From: Lophium mytilinum
Taxonomy: Eukaryota
Assembly: GCA_010093605.1 (NCBI GenBank)
Contig: MU004184.1
Span: 2,118,801 to 2,182,800 of the forward strand
Reading direction: 5' to 3'
Length of the DNA: 64,000 nucleotides
Shown here: positions 1 to 12,945 of the stretch, piece by piece
Position numbering within the stretch: the first letter of the stretch is position 1
Layout: every line of letters begins with the position of its first letter
Notes under the pieces: model-generated
The model's database searches: none
Told to the model about the DNA's origin: nothing
Seen by the model: the letters and a program-made list of their open reading frames with translations, nothing else
Translations under genes and position numbers: made by a program

Positions 1-256
1 CTGGTGATGTTTTGGTGACGGAGTAGGTACATGGCGTCTCTTGCGTTCGGTGATAGATTTGCAGGAGAAGGGCGTTTGCATGTCTTCTACGTCATTTCAT
101 GAGACTCCGCGTTTGAGTAGGTTATCATGATCAATTCCTAGTCACTTAAAAAGAGATTCTATTTGGCTTTCACTCTCTCTGAAGACACATCGCGTGGTTA
201 AGCGACTTATCTCCTATGCCCATTTCGCATGCTCACATCCCAAGATCCAAAAAAAG

Positions 257-434
257 AAAAAGTCCGCTCCACGATTTGATCCAGGGAGCAATACACCACC
301 CTCCCGAAGGAGGGTATAGCCACCAAATTCTTGGTTTCTGAGATAAAGCAACTGAACCATCAGCGAAATGACGATGGTATTGCCGACGGTGGTGGTCCGG
401 GCAAAGTCCGATTCAGAGCTTGATTGGTTTATTG
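257..434 (-). ncRNA. Candidate structured Pol III-type small RNA (~160-180 nt), family not recognised
   Basis: On the minus strand: TATAAATA (464-457), a loose A-box-like AGCTCTGAATCGG (420-408), a long hairpin GCAAT-ACCATC...GATGGT-tca-GTTGC (383-348), a 7-bp C(UUCG)G hairpin ACCCTCC-TTCG-GGAGGGT (315-298), a terminal GCTCC/GGAGC stem enclosing the B-box match GGATCAAATC (282-273), then TTTTTCTTTTTTT (261-249). The 5' end is an estimate. Confidence 0.5.
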
Positions 435-1012
435 AAATATGCTAAGGAATAATAGGTATTTATACTTGACTTGGGGATTGGGGTGCATAAGTTATATTAT
501 GCTGGGGATATTTATGTTGAGTGCGAGCGACGGGAATCGTTCCACATCAACCTCTCACGGCTTCACGCCTTGACGACTCTGATATCAGAGCTCCATCACT
601 ACTTCACAACCCTTACTCTCTTCTCAGATCTGCACTACGACGTCGGTGATGGGGCAAGGTTGCGATCTTGCGCATAATCCGCGCATATAGAGTTAGAAAC
701 CGCCCGTCGCGTTCATCTTTGGTTACGTATATCCTTCTTCTGCATCTAGTCAGCATAGATTTTTGGGGCGTCGTTGGAGGCAAACCTTGCAAGAGGAGGA
801 GAGTCAACGTGTATCATGACACACCCTCTCCCAGGCTCGTACGGGTGAATTGGGCATTCATCTCGTACGTGGCATCGAGACAACGGACTCTCTCCACACC
901 GCAGTCGCACTTACAACAACACCGCACCACCTATACAGCGGCCATACGACACACCATATATCACTATAAGGTCCACAACCCCCTCCATTTCATAAAATTC
1001 GACCCTTCCAAA

Positions 1013-1720
1013 ATGACTTACGCAATCTCCGCAGCTTTCGCAACCGTCCTCGCCGGCACCCACTCGCCCACCGACCGCTGCCCATACGAAAGACGCTTAC
1101 TCTTCAACACCAAAGGCTGCTCCGGCATCCCCCGCTCCTCTTTCTTCGGCAAGCTGAAGCGCAAGGCCGCAAACATGATTCAGAAATGCGGCCCCAGCTC
1201 TCCACAGACGCGTACTTGGCCTTCTCGCACTCGTCGCGCGTCGATCCCCCGACGATGCTCGGTGGTCTCGATCTCGGGGGACTGGGTGGGCGAGAGCCCG
1301 GCTTCTTCGGCGGGTGAGCTTGTGGAGGCTTCTCCTGGTAGCGAGCACGCGCGGGAGGAGGTTCCGACGCATGGTCTGGGAGCGCCGCCGAAGGGGGCTG
1401 GAGAGGAGGTATACGAGCGGTCTTCGACCGAGAACAAGAAGCGGCGGTCCTTTTCCCGCGCGACTCCGTCTAAGGGCGAGGATGAGAGCTTCCACCTCGT
1501 TAGGTTCGCGCGACCGAGAGCGCCCAAGGTACCGTGGGAGCCAAAGATTTTGGTTGGACCGCCTGTGATGGAGGTGGAGACTGATTTCTGGGCCGAGAAG
1601 AAGGGGGGTGAGCGGAGAGAGAGGAAGACGTTCACGGATTCGTGGGGATCAGAATCTGAAGAGGAGGAAGAGAGTGATAGTGAAGGCGAAGACACGAGGG
1701 ACGTCCGGAACTCGCAGTGA
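1013..1720 (+). CDS. Hypothetical protein (~235 aa), acidic C-terminus
   Basis: ATG in AAAATG context within the long ORF 668-1720. C-rich 5' to G-rich 3' coding-like composition. No recognisable domain. Confidence 0.55.
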   Translation: MTYAISAAFATVLAGTHSPTDRCPYERRLLFNTKGCSGIPRSSFFGKLKRKAANMIQKCGPSSPQTRTWPSRTRRASIPRRCSVVSISGDWVGESPASSAGELVEASPGSEHAREEVPTHGLGAPPKGAGEEVYERSSTENKKRRSFSRATPSKGEDESFHLVRFARPRAPKVPWEPKILVGPPVMEVETDFWAEKKGGERRERKTFTDSWGSESEEEEESDSEGEDTRDVRNSQ

Positions 1721-3178
1721 GTGGGATTTACAGCCTCATGAGAAGTGAGGAGCTGATATTTGTCATAGGAAAAAGCGACGCAGTATAGCAGCTGAAATCA
1801 AGCAAGCGATGAGGGAAACATGGACAAAGGCGGAGGAGCTGGGGGCCTGAACGATGAACGATGTGAGGGATGAAGAGCTGTTGCTGTATCATGTTTCTTT
1901 GCACTAGGACTAGCACAACTTACGGCTTTTGTCTTTCCTACTCGTTGTTGTAGCTTCTGAAACTACCAACTGTTGCCAAATCACCATGTCTGGGTTTGTT
2001 GCTACAACGCTCCTTCCACTCGACGCTGCCCATGACTCGCTCAAGTACCTTCTTCTAGAACAGAATCTCACATTTTCAGGGAGGATGAAGTCCCTCCCGA
2101 TGCAATACTCGTTCGATGTATCTAGTCTTACTTTGAAGCTCTCCTATCTTCCGAATCGTTTTCGTCTTTACTGACTCGCCGATTTCCTCCTGCTGCTTTC
2201 TCCCAAATAGACCGTCCGGTAAGGTTGGACCGATGTCGCTACTCACGTGATCTTTGGTACTATCGGATCAGCTCGCAGAATACTACGATATCGATAGCAA
2301 AGTGTGATAGGCCACAACTTGTGGACAGGAAACATGAGATATAAGCAGTGCAAGTACCTACCCCTCCATACAGAGCCGAGGATGGACTTGCTCTGGCAAT
2401 TCTCGGAGATGCAGAGGCCTGACCAAACTCTTGTCTTGCCTGAATGCTTGTTAAGCGGAGGAACCAGGGCGTTAACCTCTTCTCGAGGTCGATGCTTAGG
2501 TCCTTTAGACTGGTGGTTTTGTCTTGCCATTCGAGAACTAGCGGGTTGGGGATAGTGGGTGATATTTCCGGATTAGGCAAAGCTTTCATGTCTTTGATGC
2601 TATCTTTACATTTTGGATTCCTGGCCTCCTAAAGATGCAACGTATTTTTCAGTAGCGAAATACCAGCAAAAATATACCATAGTGTTCCTTGAAGCAGCAA
2701 AGTTACCACACAGACCTTCCTTACAATCTGACGCTTTTGATGGATGAAAAGAGGAAAGCGAAAAGGCTGCATCTTCAATCCATGACTCATCACTGCTGAT
2801 ACGTAGTGGCAATCTAATTCGGCAATGTGCTGAGGCGATATGGGTTGCACCGCTTCAAAGGAGGAGAGCGGCGTGGTGGAGAGGACGCTTGGAGGTCGAA
2901 GCTCGGGAGGGGCCGGGAGCCGATTGGGAGGAGCTGAGACTTGCACATGTGAATGTGCAACTCCTAGACATGGTAGCTACAACGCGCCCCTCGACGTGCC
3001 TGCAGAGTTCAGCATTTTGTATACTACTCGCGATGCAAACAAACTGATGCCGGAACAGTTGCAGACGCTGAAGACGGCGTCGCCATACCTTCCCCGAGTC
3101 CAGGGGGCAGCCGGGCGCGTTTTCCCCACACTGCGCTACCATCACGAGCCGATGTTCGCCTCTTGTCGACCCCTCTGC

Positions 3179-3294
3179 CCGAGGTGACGGCCAGAGCTGG
3201 GTAGCTGGGGACATGCATCCATCTGGACCGCGGGGCTTCGAAGGCCACTCACGGCCACTCACCGTCCGCCTTTGCCTCCTTTGTTGACCCTCGG
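3179..3294 (+). promoter_or_regulatory. Putative FarA/FarB sites (CCGAGG 3179-3184, CCTCGG 3289-3294) and CreA-type SYGGRG sites (3205-3210, 3230-3235) upstream of malate synthase
   Basis: Motif matches within 260 bp of the ATG. CCTCGG and SYGGRG are known regulators of fatty-acid/glyoxylate genes in Aspergillus, but 6-mers also occur by chance. Confidence 0.35.
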
Positions 3295-3434
3295 CAACCC
3301 GATAGGTGACGTACGATTTAAGATGCTCTACCCGCTCTTTTCCACAGCTCCGTGAGACCACACATACCTTAGATTCACTGCATTCCTGTCCCCGCTGAAG
3401 CTTGATAACACCAAACAACATCCTCTTCATCACC

Positions 3435-5213
3435 ATGGCTGCCAATCCCAACCAGATCCTCCAGGACGTCAATGTCCTGGGCCCGCTCAATGACCAGACC
3501 AGCAAAATCTTGAGCAAAGATGCCGCCGTTTTCCTTGCCCTCCTCCATCGCACATTCAACGAAACACGGAAGGCTCTCCTACAGCGCCGTGTCGTCCGAC
3601 AGGCTGAGCTTGACAAGGGCTATCTCCCAGACTTCCTCCCCGAGACTCGACACATCCGTGAGAGCGACTCATGGAAGGGTGCCCCGCCAGCACCTGGCTT
3701 GGTGGACAGACGAGTGGAGATCACAGGTCCTACGGACAGGAAAATGGTTGTGAATGCGTTGAACTCGGACGTGTGGACATACATGGCCGACTTCGAGGGT
3801 AGGCTTTCTGGGTACATTTTGGAGAACATGCGCTGACCCGACGTATAGACTCTAGTGCTCCAACGTGGGACAACATGATCAACGGACAGCTCAACCTTTA
3901 CGACGCCATTCGCAGGCAGGTCGACTTCAAGCAGGGCGAGAAGGACTACAAGCTGCGCACCGATCGGACTCTCCCAACTCTGATCGCCAGAGCGCGAGGA
4001 TGGCATCTGGAGGAGAAGCACTTCACTGTGGATGGGGAGCCAATCTCGGGCAGCTTGTTCGATTTCGGCCTTTACTTCTTCCACAACGCTAAAGAGCTCG
4101 TGAAGCGGGGTACTGGACCATACTTCTATCTGCCGAAGATGGAGTCACATCTCGAAGCTCGTCTTTGGAACGATGTGTTCAACCTGGCCCAGGACTACAT
4201 TGGAATGGCCCGAGGAACCATCCGAGGCACCGTCCTGATTGAGACCATTTTGGCCTCTTTTGAGATGGATGAGGTGAGTCGAGCCCCAGACCCTTTCATA
4301 CACATGCTAACGATCGATTTAGATTATCTATGAGCTCCGCGATCACAGCTCCGGCCTCAACTGCGGTCGATGGGACTACATCTTCAGCACCATTAAACGA
4401 TTCCGCCAGAACCCCAACTTCGTTTTGCCTGACCGCGCTGCCGTGACGATGACTGTCCCATTCATGGACTCCTACGTCAAGCTTCTCATCAAGACTTGCC
4501 ACAGGCGAGGTGTCCACGCAATGGGCGGCATGGCTGCTCAGATTCCTATCAAGAACGACACCGCTGCCAATGACACCGCAATGGCCTCTGTGCGTGCTGA
4601 CAAGCTCCGGGAAGTTCGTGCTGGTCACGATGGTACTTGGGTCGCCCATCCCGCTCTCGCTGCCATTGCCTCTGATGTCTTCAACACCCACATGCCGACC
4701 CCCAACCAGCTTTTCAAGCGTCGTGAGGATGTTCACATTACCGCGAACGACCTGCTCAACATGAATGTACCCGGAAAAGTTACCGAGGCTGGTATTCGAA
4801 AGAACCTCGGCATCGGTCTTAGCTACATGGAAGGTTGGCTACGCGGTGTCGGCTGTGTGCCAATTAACTACCTGATGGAGGATGCTGCTACCGCCGAAGT
4901 TTCCCGAAGCCAGCTTTGGCAATGGGTCAGGCACGGTGTCGACACTGCGGAGGGCCAGAAAGTTACCAAGGACTACTCACTCAGGCTTCTTGGCGAGGAG
5001 TCAAAGGCACTCGCCGCAAAGGCACCAAAGGGGAACAAATTTGGTCTGGCTGCTAAGTACTTCGAGAGCCAGGTAACTGGAGAGGACTATGCCGAGTTCT
5101 TGACATCGTGAGTGCCTCCCTCTAATAAATTGTATACCTATACTGACTTTTCCAGGCTGCTTTACAACGAAATTACGAATGTGGGTCCCCCCCATGGTGC
5201 CGCGAAGTTGTGA
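3435..5213 (+). CDS. MLS1: Malate synthase (glyoxysomal), 4 exons, C-terminal PTS1 -AKL
   Basis: Exons 3435-3798, 3849-4273, 4323-5107, 5156-5213. Motifs [64 protein letters not shown]. Ends ...GAAKL*. Confidence 0.97.
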
Positions 5214-6211
5214 AAAGCACCTCGTTCAGCATTTCCTTTCCATGTCTTTCTTCCGTTATAACCCCAGGATGTCTCGAAAAAGTCCCGCCCGACTGCTAGC
5301 TTCCGCTGTACTGTACCAAAACAGATCCTTGTGACAAGCCATGTAATGTGTTGTTGTTGCGTTGCTTAATCGCTTGCTTGACTTGCTTCTGCGTGCTCTT
5401 TAACAAGGCGACGCGGTCATAAGCTGACTGCCCTTGGTGTTTCCAGGTCCAGGCCCCGTCCGCAGCTGCTAAGCTATGACCGATCGTAACGTTCCTCCCA
5501 AACCCTTGAAGTAATCGGTTGGTCCAGTGGTTGGTGCAGGGCGTCTACGGCAGAGGAGGTAATGATGCGTATATGCTGGGTGGTTTTGTGAATTGATCGC
5601 TTCAGCTTGTTGGTATCATTGGAGTCTAGGGGAATTACCCTGTTGCAATCATTCGACATAACTTGTTCCTGCATCGAGGGTGTGAGTTCGTGAACTTTGA
5701 ACCGACTTACCTGGCTGTAGTCATTAGAAGGTTTCATCCTTTTCCAGCAAATGGCTGCATACCTCCTCCCTCATTGATTTCCCTCTACGCCGATTTCCGG
5801 TCTTCTGTGTTCTTGTATGAGTCGGCTCCGCACCCGAGCACTACACCAGCGGATATTAACATTTTCCCATTGGATGCATCTAGAACGTGGCTCCCGGTCA
5901 CACAAAGGCGTTGACAGTTCCGAGTGTTCCCATACTCAACGCAGCCACCTATAGGCCTGTATCCCGAAAAATGACACAGCATCGAAAACAATATGCAAGG
6001 CGGAGGGCCCCAGTTGCACGAACCACTGTTGGAGCTCTAGACACGAAGGAGCAGCGGGAAGGCTTAGCTCGCACCCGTCTGCCCCTTTCTCGCAGTGATC
6101 ATCGAGCTCCTCTCCACTTCTCTTGCTTAAATTCAAGCTTTCTTTCGTCAACACCGCTGCCAAGCTTCACCTTTTCGAATTTCTCTCACACGACGAGCAA
6201 AGACGTCAGCT

Positions 6212-6673
6212 ATGGCGAATCCATCTTCCAACTCCTTTCTCATCACTTGTCTATGGGCTCTTTCATGGGCAGCGACTTGCCACACCCACTCCATTAGCTC
6301 CGCTGAGGACACTGCCACCACGCCATCATCATCGCCATCACCAACACCCCACCCGTACGACCCCCTCCCTAATCTCTCCAACAACTCCAAACTCGCCTTC
6401 ATAATCTGCATGGCCGTCTTCGGGCTCGTCTTCATCGGCTTCGCGATCAGCGATGCGCTGATTCTCCGCTGGCGACGGGATAATGGGGAGGAGTTGGTGG
6501 AGGAGTGGTGTCCGGATATTGTGCCGGCGGAGGCGAAGGAGGAGTGGGTTGAGCCGAGGGGCGGGCGGTTGGAGGAGTGGAGGGATCGGGATCGCGGGGT
6601 TAGAGACGAGTTGGGGGGGAAGGGGAAGGAGAAAGCAGGAAGTAGTGAAAAAGAAGGAAGAGAGAAGAAGTGA
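6212..6673 (+). CDS. Small single-pass membrane protein (signal-like N-terminus, S/T/P linker, one TM, charged tail)
   Basis: Uninterrupted 153-aa ORF with hydrophobic segments FLITCLWALSWAA and LAFIICMAVFGLVFIGFAI. Confidence 0.6.
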   Translation: MANPSSNSFLITCLWALSWAATCHTHSISSAEDTATTPSSSPSPTPHPYDPLPNLSNNSKLAFIICMAVFGLVFIGFAISDALILRWRRDNGEELVEEWCPDIVPAEAKEEWVEPRGGRLEEWRDRDRGVRDELGGKGKEKAGSSEKEGREKK

Positions 6674-7836
6674 AGAGAAATTGAAGATGGTAGTAAAGGG
6701 TTGAGGATAGTTGGGGCTAGGGGTACTGCCTGTGCTTTAGGAGGGTGGATGGAGCGGAGATATTCTGAGGAAATACGAGGCCGGTGTTGAGTGCTTTCAC
6801 GAAGTGATTAGGAGATGGATGAAATGATCGTACACCACGGACGTAATCGAGTAATGACTATGCTGTATTCTAGGTTTTCTGTCAATGAAATATAGCGGCC
6901 TTTGAAGTTCCTTCCGTCTAGGCACATTCTCTAATGTTCTCGTTCCTTGAAACACGTGAGATAGATTAGCCACCTGACCCAGGCGACTTGAATGCCAAGA
7001 AAGCTGGACATCCGCGGACTATAAGAAGCTGTTCCTTCCCCAAGTCTCCAAGACTTCTTCAAAAGATTGTCACAAATCTGAGTGACGATCAAAAACGTGC
7101 TGATTAACTTCATGATGGAGCGGCATTTGCAAAACCGAAGGAGGAATACTACTTATGTCTTTTTTCAGTACAGCGTGGTGGAAGTGCGCGCTAAAGTACG
7201 AAAGTTCATCACCGTATCGTACTGCTGAAGTGCATGTTTTCATGAAAGCGAGGGTTGATAGCTTCTACTCATCTTAAAAAGAGCCAGCTGCTAAACTGGC
7301 AGTACTTACTATCACCTACCAACGAAGTTCATCATTATCAGCAGTTTTTCGGCATCCATACCACCCCAAACTCCCTCCACTCGTTCATGACTTCGCTGAC
7401 GTTTCCGATGACAGAAGACATGGAAAGTCTTTCGGGCGTAGGTTGAACCTCCGGCCCACCGAACTGCCATGATGAAGCGGTCGCGACATTTTTGAAGCCG
7501 CTGCCCGGTCCTTCTAATGAGGAGGTACGAGGCTGGGGAGGCGGCCTTTTATACTTCCAATATCCAGAGTTGCTGGGCCGGCACGTGACGTTCATATGAC
7601 TTACAAAGGTCATTATGGGAGTGTTCAGCTACTAACTATACCTCAGCAATAGTGAGTTGGCTTGTGCTGCAGATTCCAGCTATCATAACTGCACACGACA
7701 GCTTTCAGTTCAGTATCAAATTTGTAGCCTATCTCATTGATATTCGAAATTTGAACCATGCTGCACAACGCTCACAAATGCCGCCTCTCTTACTTTTGCT
7801 CCCTCCTAAGCTATCCCCCGGCACTTCTCATACCGT

Positions 7837-10800
7837 TCACTTCTGCTCCATCTGTCCTCCCTTCTTCGTGGTCCTGTTCTTCACCTTGCCAACCCCCCTT
7901 GAGACAGCACCGAATCCAAAACTCCACCCCTTAATTCTCACCGCCCAGATAAAGAAATATACTAATGCCCAATTGCTCATGCAAAACGCGAGGAAGATCC
8001 CGAAATCGCGCCACTTATCACTCGCCTTAATGTTGAGCGTAGAGAGGTAATCATTCCCCGAGCTGTACGGACAATACATACAAACGTCCGTCGCGTTAGG
8101 GTCAATGAAATACCCCGGGGAGTTTGCGATGAAAGTTCCAGCATAGTCAACACAAGACTGGCCAGACGGAGGCGTGAAGCGAGCCGTCTCGGCGGGCTTG
8201 CAGGAGATCGGAATTCCATCCAGTGTCGCCGCGAGCACGCCGCCGATCCAGTAGGTAGAGGGGTTGACGTAGTACATCCAGTACTTCCAGAACACGGAGA
8301 GCTGAGCATACGGCCGGATGACGCCGTTGAAGAGGGAGAACATGACGAAGAAGAAGGGGAGCACGTTGCTGATGACAGTGAAGGAGGGCGCGAAGGCGCA
8401 GATCCACTGGCCCCAGCTCGACGTGAAAAGGAAGAACAGCACGCTCATGAGGAAGACGTAGCCGGCGGTGGAGGAGTCTGTGGGAAGACCGGCGGGGTAG
8501 TACCATAGGAGCCAGTAGAGCAGGCCGGAGACGATGGAGATGGGGATCTCGCCGAGGATCTGGGCGGTGCAGAAGGCCACCCAGCCGTAAATGCGAGAGG
8601 GAAGCTCGCGGGCTTGCCAGAGGGCCATGTTTTGGTAGAACTTTGGAACGACGCCGTTGACAATTGTGGGGGGGATGAGGATGATCAGGAAGGAAGTGAA
8701 CATGCGGTTCTGCATGTCTGCGATGGAGTTGCCGAGCATGTAAAAAGTGAAGCCGTTGAAGATGCCGATAATGACAGCGACGAACAGTTTTCCGTAGAGA
8801 TAAGATGGGTCTCTCCAATATTGAGTAAAGACGCGGCGGGTTAGCATGGTTGTCTGAAGCCAGACGGGCGCCGCAAACTCGTGTTCTTCATGAGCGCCCT
8901 CTTCTTTCCGAGTCTGGCTTCTGGAGCTCTTTAATCTTTCAATTTCCTTCATGACCTCTGCGCTGTTTTCCGAATTTTTCCATTCCTTGTCCCAGTTGAT
9001 CCTGGTCCCGTCGGGTCGCTTCATGGGTTTAGCTGCAGTTTCAAGAATGAACTCGGCGACGTTTTTATTTGGGGGAGCCTGCACTCCACGGTCGGCGAAG
9101 TACTTGATAACGTCTTTGCCATTCTTGCCGACGGGACCGAAGTAAAACGTATTTCCGCCTGGATTTAGGGCCAGAACTAAAGGTCGCAACACCCAAGTTA
9201 GCAATAATTCATAAAGGGACTCCAAGGCCAATGATACCCGAGGATGTTCAGACTCCGTTGAAAATACACTAGAATTTCAACGGAGCCTCCCTCTGATTTA
9301 TTTACTGGAACCGCACTTACTCATGTCGAATTGCTGAATCAGAATAGAGCTTGGCTGATGGATGGTGCAAATGATTGCCTGCCCTGCACTAGCCAGCTTC
9401 TTGAGGAATCTGACGATTGAGTAGGCTGAATTGCTGTCGAGTCCACTAGTAGGCTCGTCCAGGAAAAGGAGCAGCGATGGTTTTGCTGCTAACTCGACGC
9501 CAATCGTCAACCTCTTACGTTGCTCGACACCCAAGCTTGAGATAACAGCATCTTGAAGATCGTTGAGTTCAAGCAGGTCGATGATGTTATCCACGTAAGC
9601 TAACTTTTCTTTGCGTGGAACATCCTTGTCTTGTCGGAGGATGGCAGAAAATTCGAGAGCTTCTCTGATTGTCGCCGTTTGATCGTGGAGGTCCATTTGC
9701 TCGCAGAATCCGGTGCCGCGTTGAAAGTCTCGACCCAGAGGTCCACCATCGACCAACATATCACCAGCTATAACGCCGATTTTCTGGCGTTGGGACAAAG
9801 TATTGAGTAAAGTGGTTTTGCCTGCTCCCGACGCTCCTACGAGGGCTACCATTACTCCAGGTTTGGCATATCCGCTTACTTTGTTTAGCAATTTGCGTTC
9901 GCCGCCTTGATATGGGACGGTGTATTCGACATTCTCCCATGTGAAGACGCTTTCGCTCTTGGTTATTTTCTGAAGAGTCTGGTCTTTCGCTCGTTCCTGT
10001 GCCATACTTTGTCCGCTTGATGTGCTGTCTGGCCGTTCCCCAGATACTACTTTTTCTTCATCAGCGGGAGATTGCTGGAGGTTTCTCTTGGTTTTATTTG
10101 ATTTTTTGAAGACCAGCGCTCCTCCTCCACCGGAAGCGAACGAGAACAGTTCGGCTGCTAGTGCAGTAACCAGGATATACAGAACGGTGAATGCAATGAT
10201 AACACCGAAATTTCTCCAGAGATTGCTTCGAGTATACGAAAACGTCGTCTGGAGATAGTCGCTCCCAGTGACTTCATTTGCGTTCACTCCAGCACCAGTC
10301 AAGGAGCAGCCTTGATGCGCAGGATCGATGCCAGGACCCTGCGGAACTAATTGAGAGGGATCACACTGCATAGTCCGGCCGGAAAATTCGTTCGTAATGA
10401 CGCCTTCGAACGCGTACGAGATAGGATTGACGTAATACAACCAACCAAACCAGATGTATTGGGAGATTAGCTGTTGTTTTGGAATAACGTAGCCAGTAAA
10501 CACGATCAGAAGATTCAACGCAAGCCCGCTGAACCGAACTGCGTCGTCGATTGTCGGCGATACGGCTGCAAACATTCGATATAATGAGGTGATGCAAATG
10601 GTCGTTGTGTAGACGAATAAGACGTAGATGAAGAACTTAGAAGCAGTTACGTCAAGCCCCGTCATGAAGTACATGATTAGACAGAATCTAAGGTGGTCAG
10701 CAATTTCTTCTTTGGCTTTAGGGCAGGCCATAAGTCTGTGCACAGTCGTTTGCCACTGCTTGGGAGCACAGTCTCAAGGCAGGCGCGGCGAAACTTGAGC

Positions 10801-12945
10801 AGCATCTTCACTGATCGACTTCCTGCTCAAGAGGCTGCTCTCAAATGTGATGGAAAGCCTCACAAAAGCGGCACCTGGGAAGTGGGGTACGCATGTGCCT
10901 ACGCTCATGGCAAGCACTGTACAAAGGAATGAGGAAGAACTTACATCACAACTTGGATGAAAAGAAGCGGGAAATCCTGCACTACTCGAGCTATACTAGC
11001 TGCCGAGGGACGATAGAACGCATAATCATGATGGCGCTTAACAACAGCCCGTCCCGAGACAGCCTTCATGAGTTCCGAGAGCTGTAGCCAACCGAGGAAA
11101 AGAATAGAGAAGAAGCAAGCTCCTCCTCGAGTAAATGCACCAGCGGTATCTAGCGGCTCTCCATAGAATAGACTACCTACGATCAAGGCATTCGATATGA
11201 TGATGAAGAACTTTGTAGCCCTATTACTAAGTTTAGCATTGTAATAAGAGGCCGCGGAGATTGACTTACAAAGTAGTTTTATCACCCCAAGTCAACCAGA
11301 ACTCTCGTTGTGTGCAGGCCACGACCTGCCGTACGAAGCTGACGGTGTAGCTTGATTTCTTCTGCACAGTTTTGCTCTTGCTTTCTTGAACTGCCTTTTC
11401 AAACTCTTTTGCGTCGACGTAATTCGACTCCTCGAGTTCTTTTTCGTATTCTTCAATATCCTTGAGGATCTGCCGGTAATGCGGGGAAGCTTTAAATGCC
11501 TTTTCCAGGTCCTCTGGCGTCTTTGGGGCTTTGTCTTCGTACCCGTCCCGAAATCGGCGTTCTGAAGGATCGGTTACCGCGGTCAAAAAGTCTGCTGTTG
11601 TTTGCCGCTCAGGGCAGTGGAACCCAAGATCAATGAAGTATTGCTTTGCTTCTCCGGCGTTTCCTTGGAAGACACATCGCCCTTGATCGATCACAAGGAC
11701 CTTGTCCATCTGTTGGTAGATGCCTTCTCCGGCCTGGTAGAGCGTAACGAGCGTGGTCCGATTGCTTACGTCTGTCATAACACGCAGAGACTTGGCATAA
11801 TCGAGAGCGGTAGATGCGTCGAGACCCCTGGTGGAATTGTCCCAGCAAACGAGGGTCGATTTGGTGGCAAGAGTTTCAGCGATGGAGACTCGTTTCCGCT
11901 CTCCACCACTGACTCCTCGCACGTATTCGTCTCCTACCAGGGTTTTCGCGGTATGAGAGATACCGAACATCTTCATCAGGGCGGTTACGATGATTGGGAT
12001 TGAATCCTTTTCACCCTTTTTCGTTTTGTTCAGTAATGCAAAACGTAGAGTGTTCTCGACTGAAATGTTCGCAAAATGTACGTCGTCTTCTGCATTATAA
12101 TTAACCTCTCCTTTGAACTGTTTGTGCTGCTTTTCTGCCGATATGCCTCCGTAGTGGACGTCGCCCGTAACTTCCGCGTATGTTTCTCGGTCATTTGCGA
12201 TTGCTTTCAAGAACGTAGAGCATCCAGAGCCGGGTTGTCCTAAGACCAGCATCATCCTTTCAAGTTGTTAGCTTAGCTAGGTAGCTATTCAAGGGGAATA
12301 CACGTACTCTCCGTCCCGGAGTACACCGCAGAAGCCGTGAAGGAGCGTTCGCGTCTCCACGTGCTTCTTCAGCTTCAAGGCTGGGATGAATCCGGATATG
12401 ATCTTATAAAGGTCCGGTCCAAAGGTTCCGATAACTGCATCAGGAAGTGTCCTGACGAACGCTGTCGTCGATCCCGCACCTTTTACAGTCAGGTTCTTCC
12501 AGGTGACCCCGACCTTCTTGGCGGATACTCCATTCTGGCGCTTCTCGAAATGGCCTTCGCGCATGAAATCGTGCAATTGGAAATCTTCGTCTTTGTCTAA
12601 TGGCTCTTCTCCAGGCTCCGTGTCTTCTGTCCCAGCTGTTGTGGGGCGTCTTCTGCGACTAATGATGCGACTGAGGCCGTCTGATCGTTCCGTCCTATGG
12701 GATCTTGATCTCGACATACTGGTAAGATTCCTTCGCAGAGCCTCGAAGTCTTCCATAGCCATCGTCTCGTTCATATGGCCGGCATCGCGCTCCCCCCAAG
12801 TTCCGTCCAGGTCGGTTGGCGCGCCATCAGGGCTGGAATCGGCAGCCTCATCCGTTTCTGATTCCCGCCTCTGGCGCTCCTCCTCTTCGTTGTGCCATGG
12901 ATTTCTGCCCTTAAGCAGATCGTAGGGCACGCTTGTCCCCCACAT
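7837..12945 (-). CDS. PDR/ABCG-type ABC multidrug transporter (NBD-TMD)x2, 5 exons
   Basis: Exons 12945-12308, 12256-11270, 11220-10945, 10687-9321, 9176-7837. NBD1 has GQPGSGCSTFLK, VSGGERKRVSIAE and CWDNSTRGLD. NBD2 has GASGAGKTT, LGVEQRKRLTIGVEL and LDEPTSGLD. Confidence 0.96.
9253..9285. repeat. Perfect 11-bp inverted repeat (CTCCGTTGAAA / TTTCAACGGAG) inside the 144-nt ABC-transporter intron
   Basis: Read directly. 11-nt spacer. Confidence 0.8.
10736..10902. mobile_element. Degenerate copy of the palindromic MITE-like family, in the ABC intron 10688-10944
   Basis: Left arm GTGCAC...TGCCACTGCTTGGGAGC, right arm GCACCTGGGAAGTGGGGTACGCATGTGC. Weaker similarity to the copies at 26.2, 30.6 and 53.5 kb. 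Confidence 0.4.

Noticed and set aside
335..372. CTGAGA...TGAAC...CAGCGAAA resembling a TPP riboswitch on the + strand
   Set aside because: The P4/P5 region (CTTGATCTGGATAATACCAGCG-like) is missing, there is no thiamine gene nearby, and the minus-strand RNA model fits better.
1929..2950. Cluster of 60-110 aa ORFs between the hypothetical gene and malate synthase; similar fragments at 6930-7610
   Set aside because: Fragmented, with no motifs. At most decayed gene remnants.
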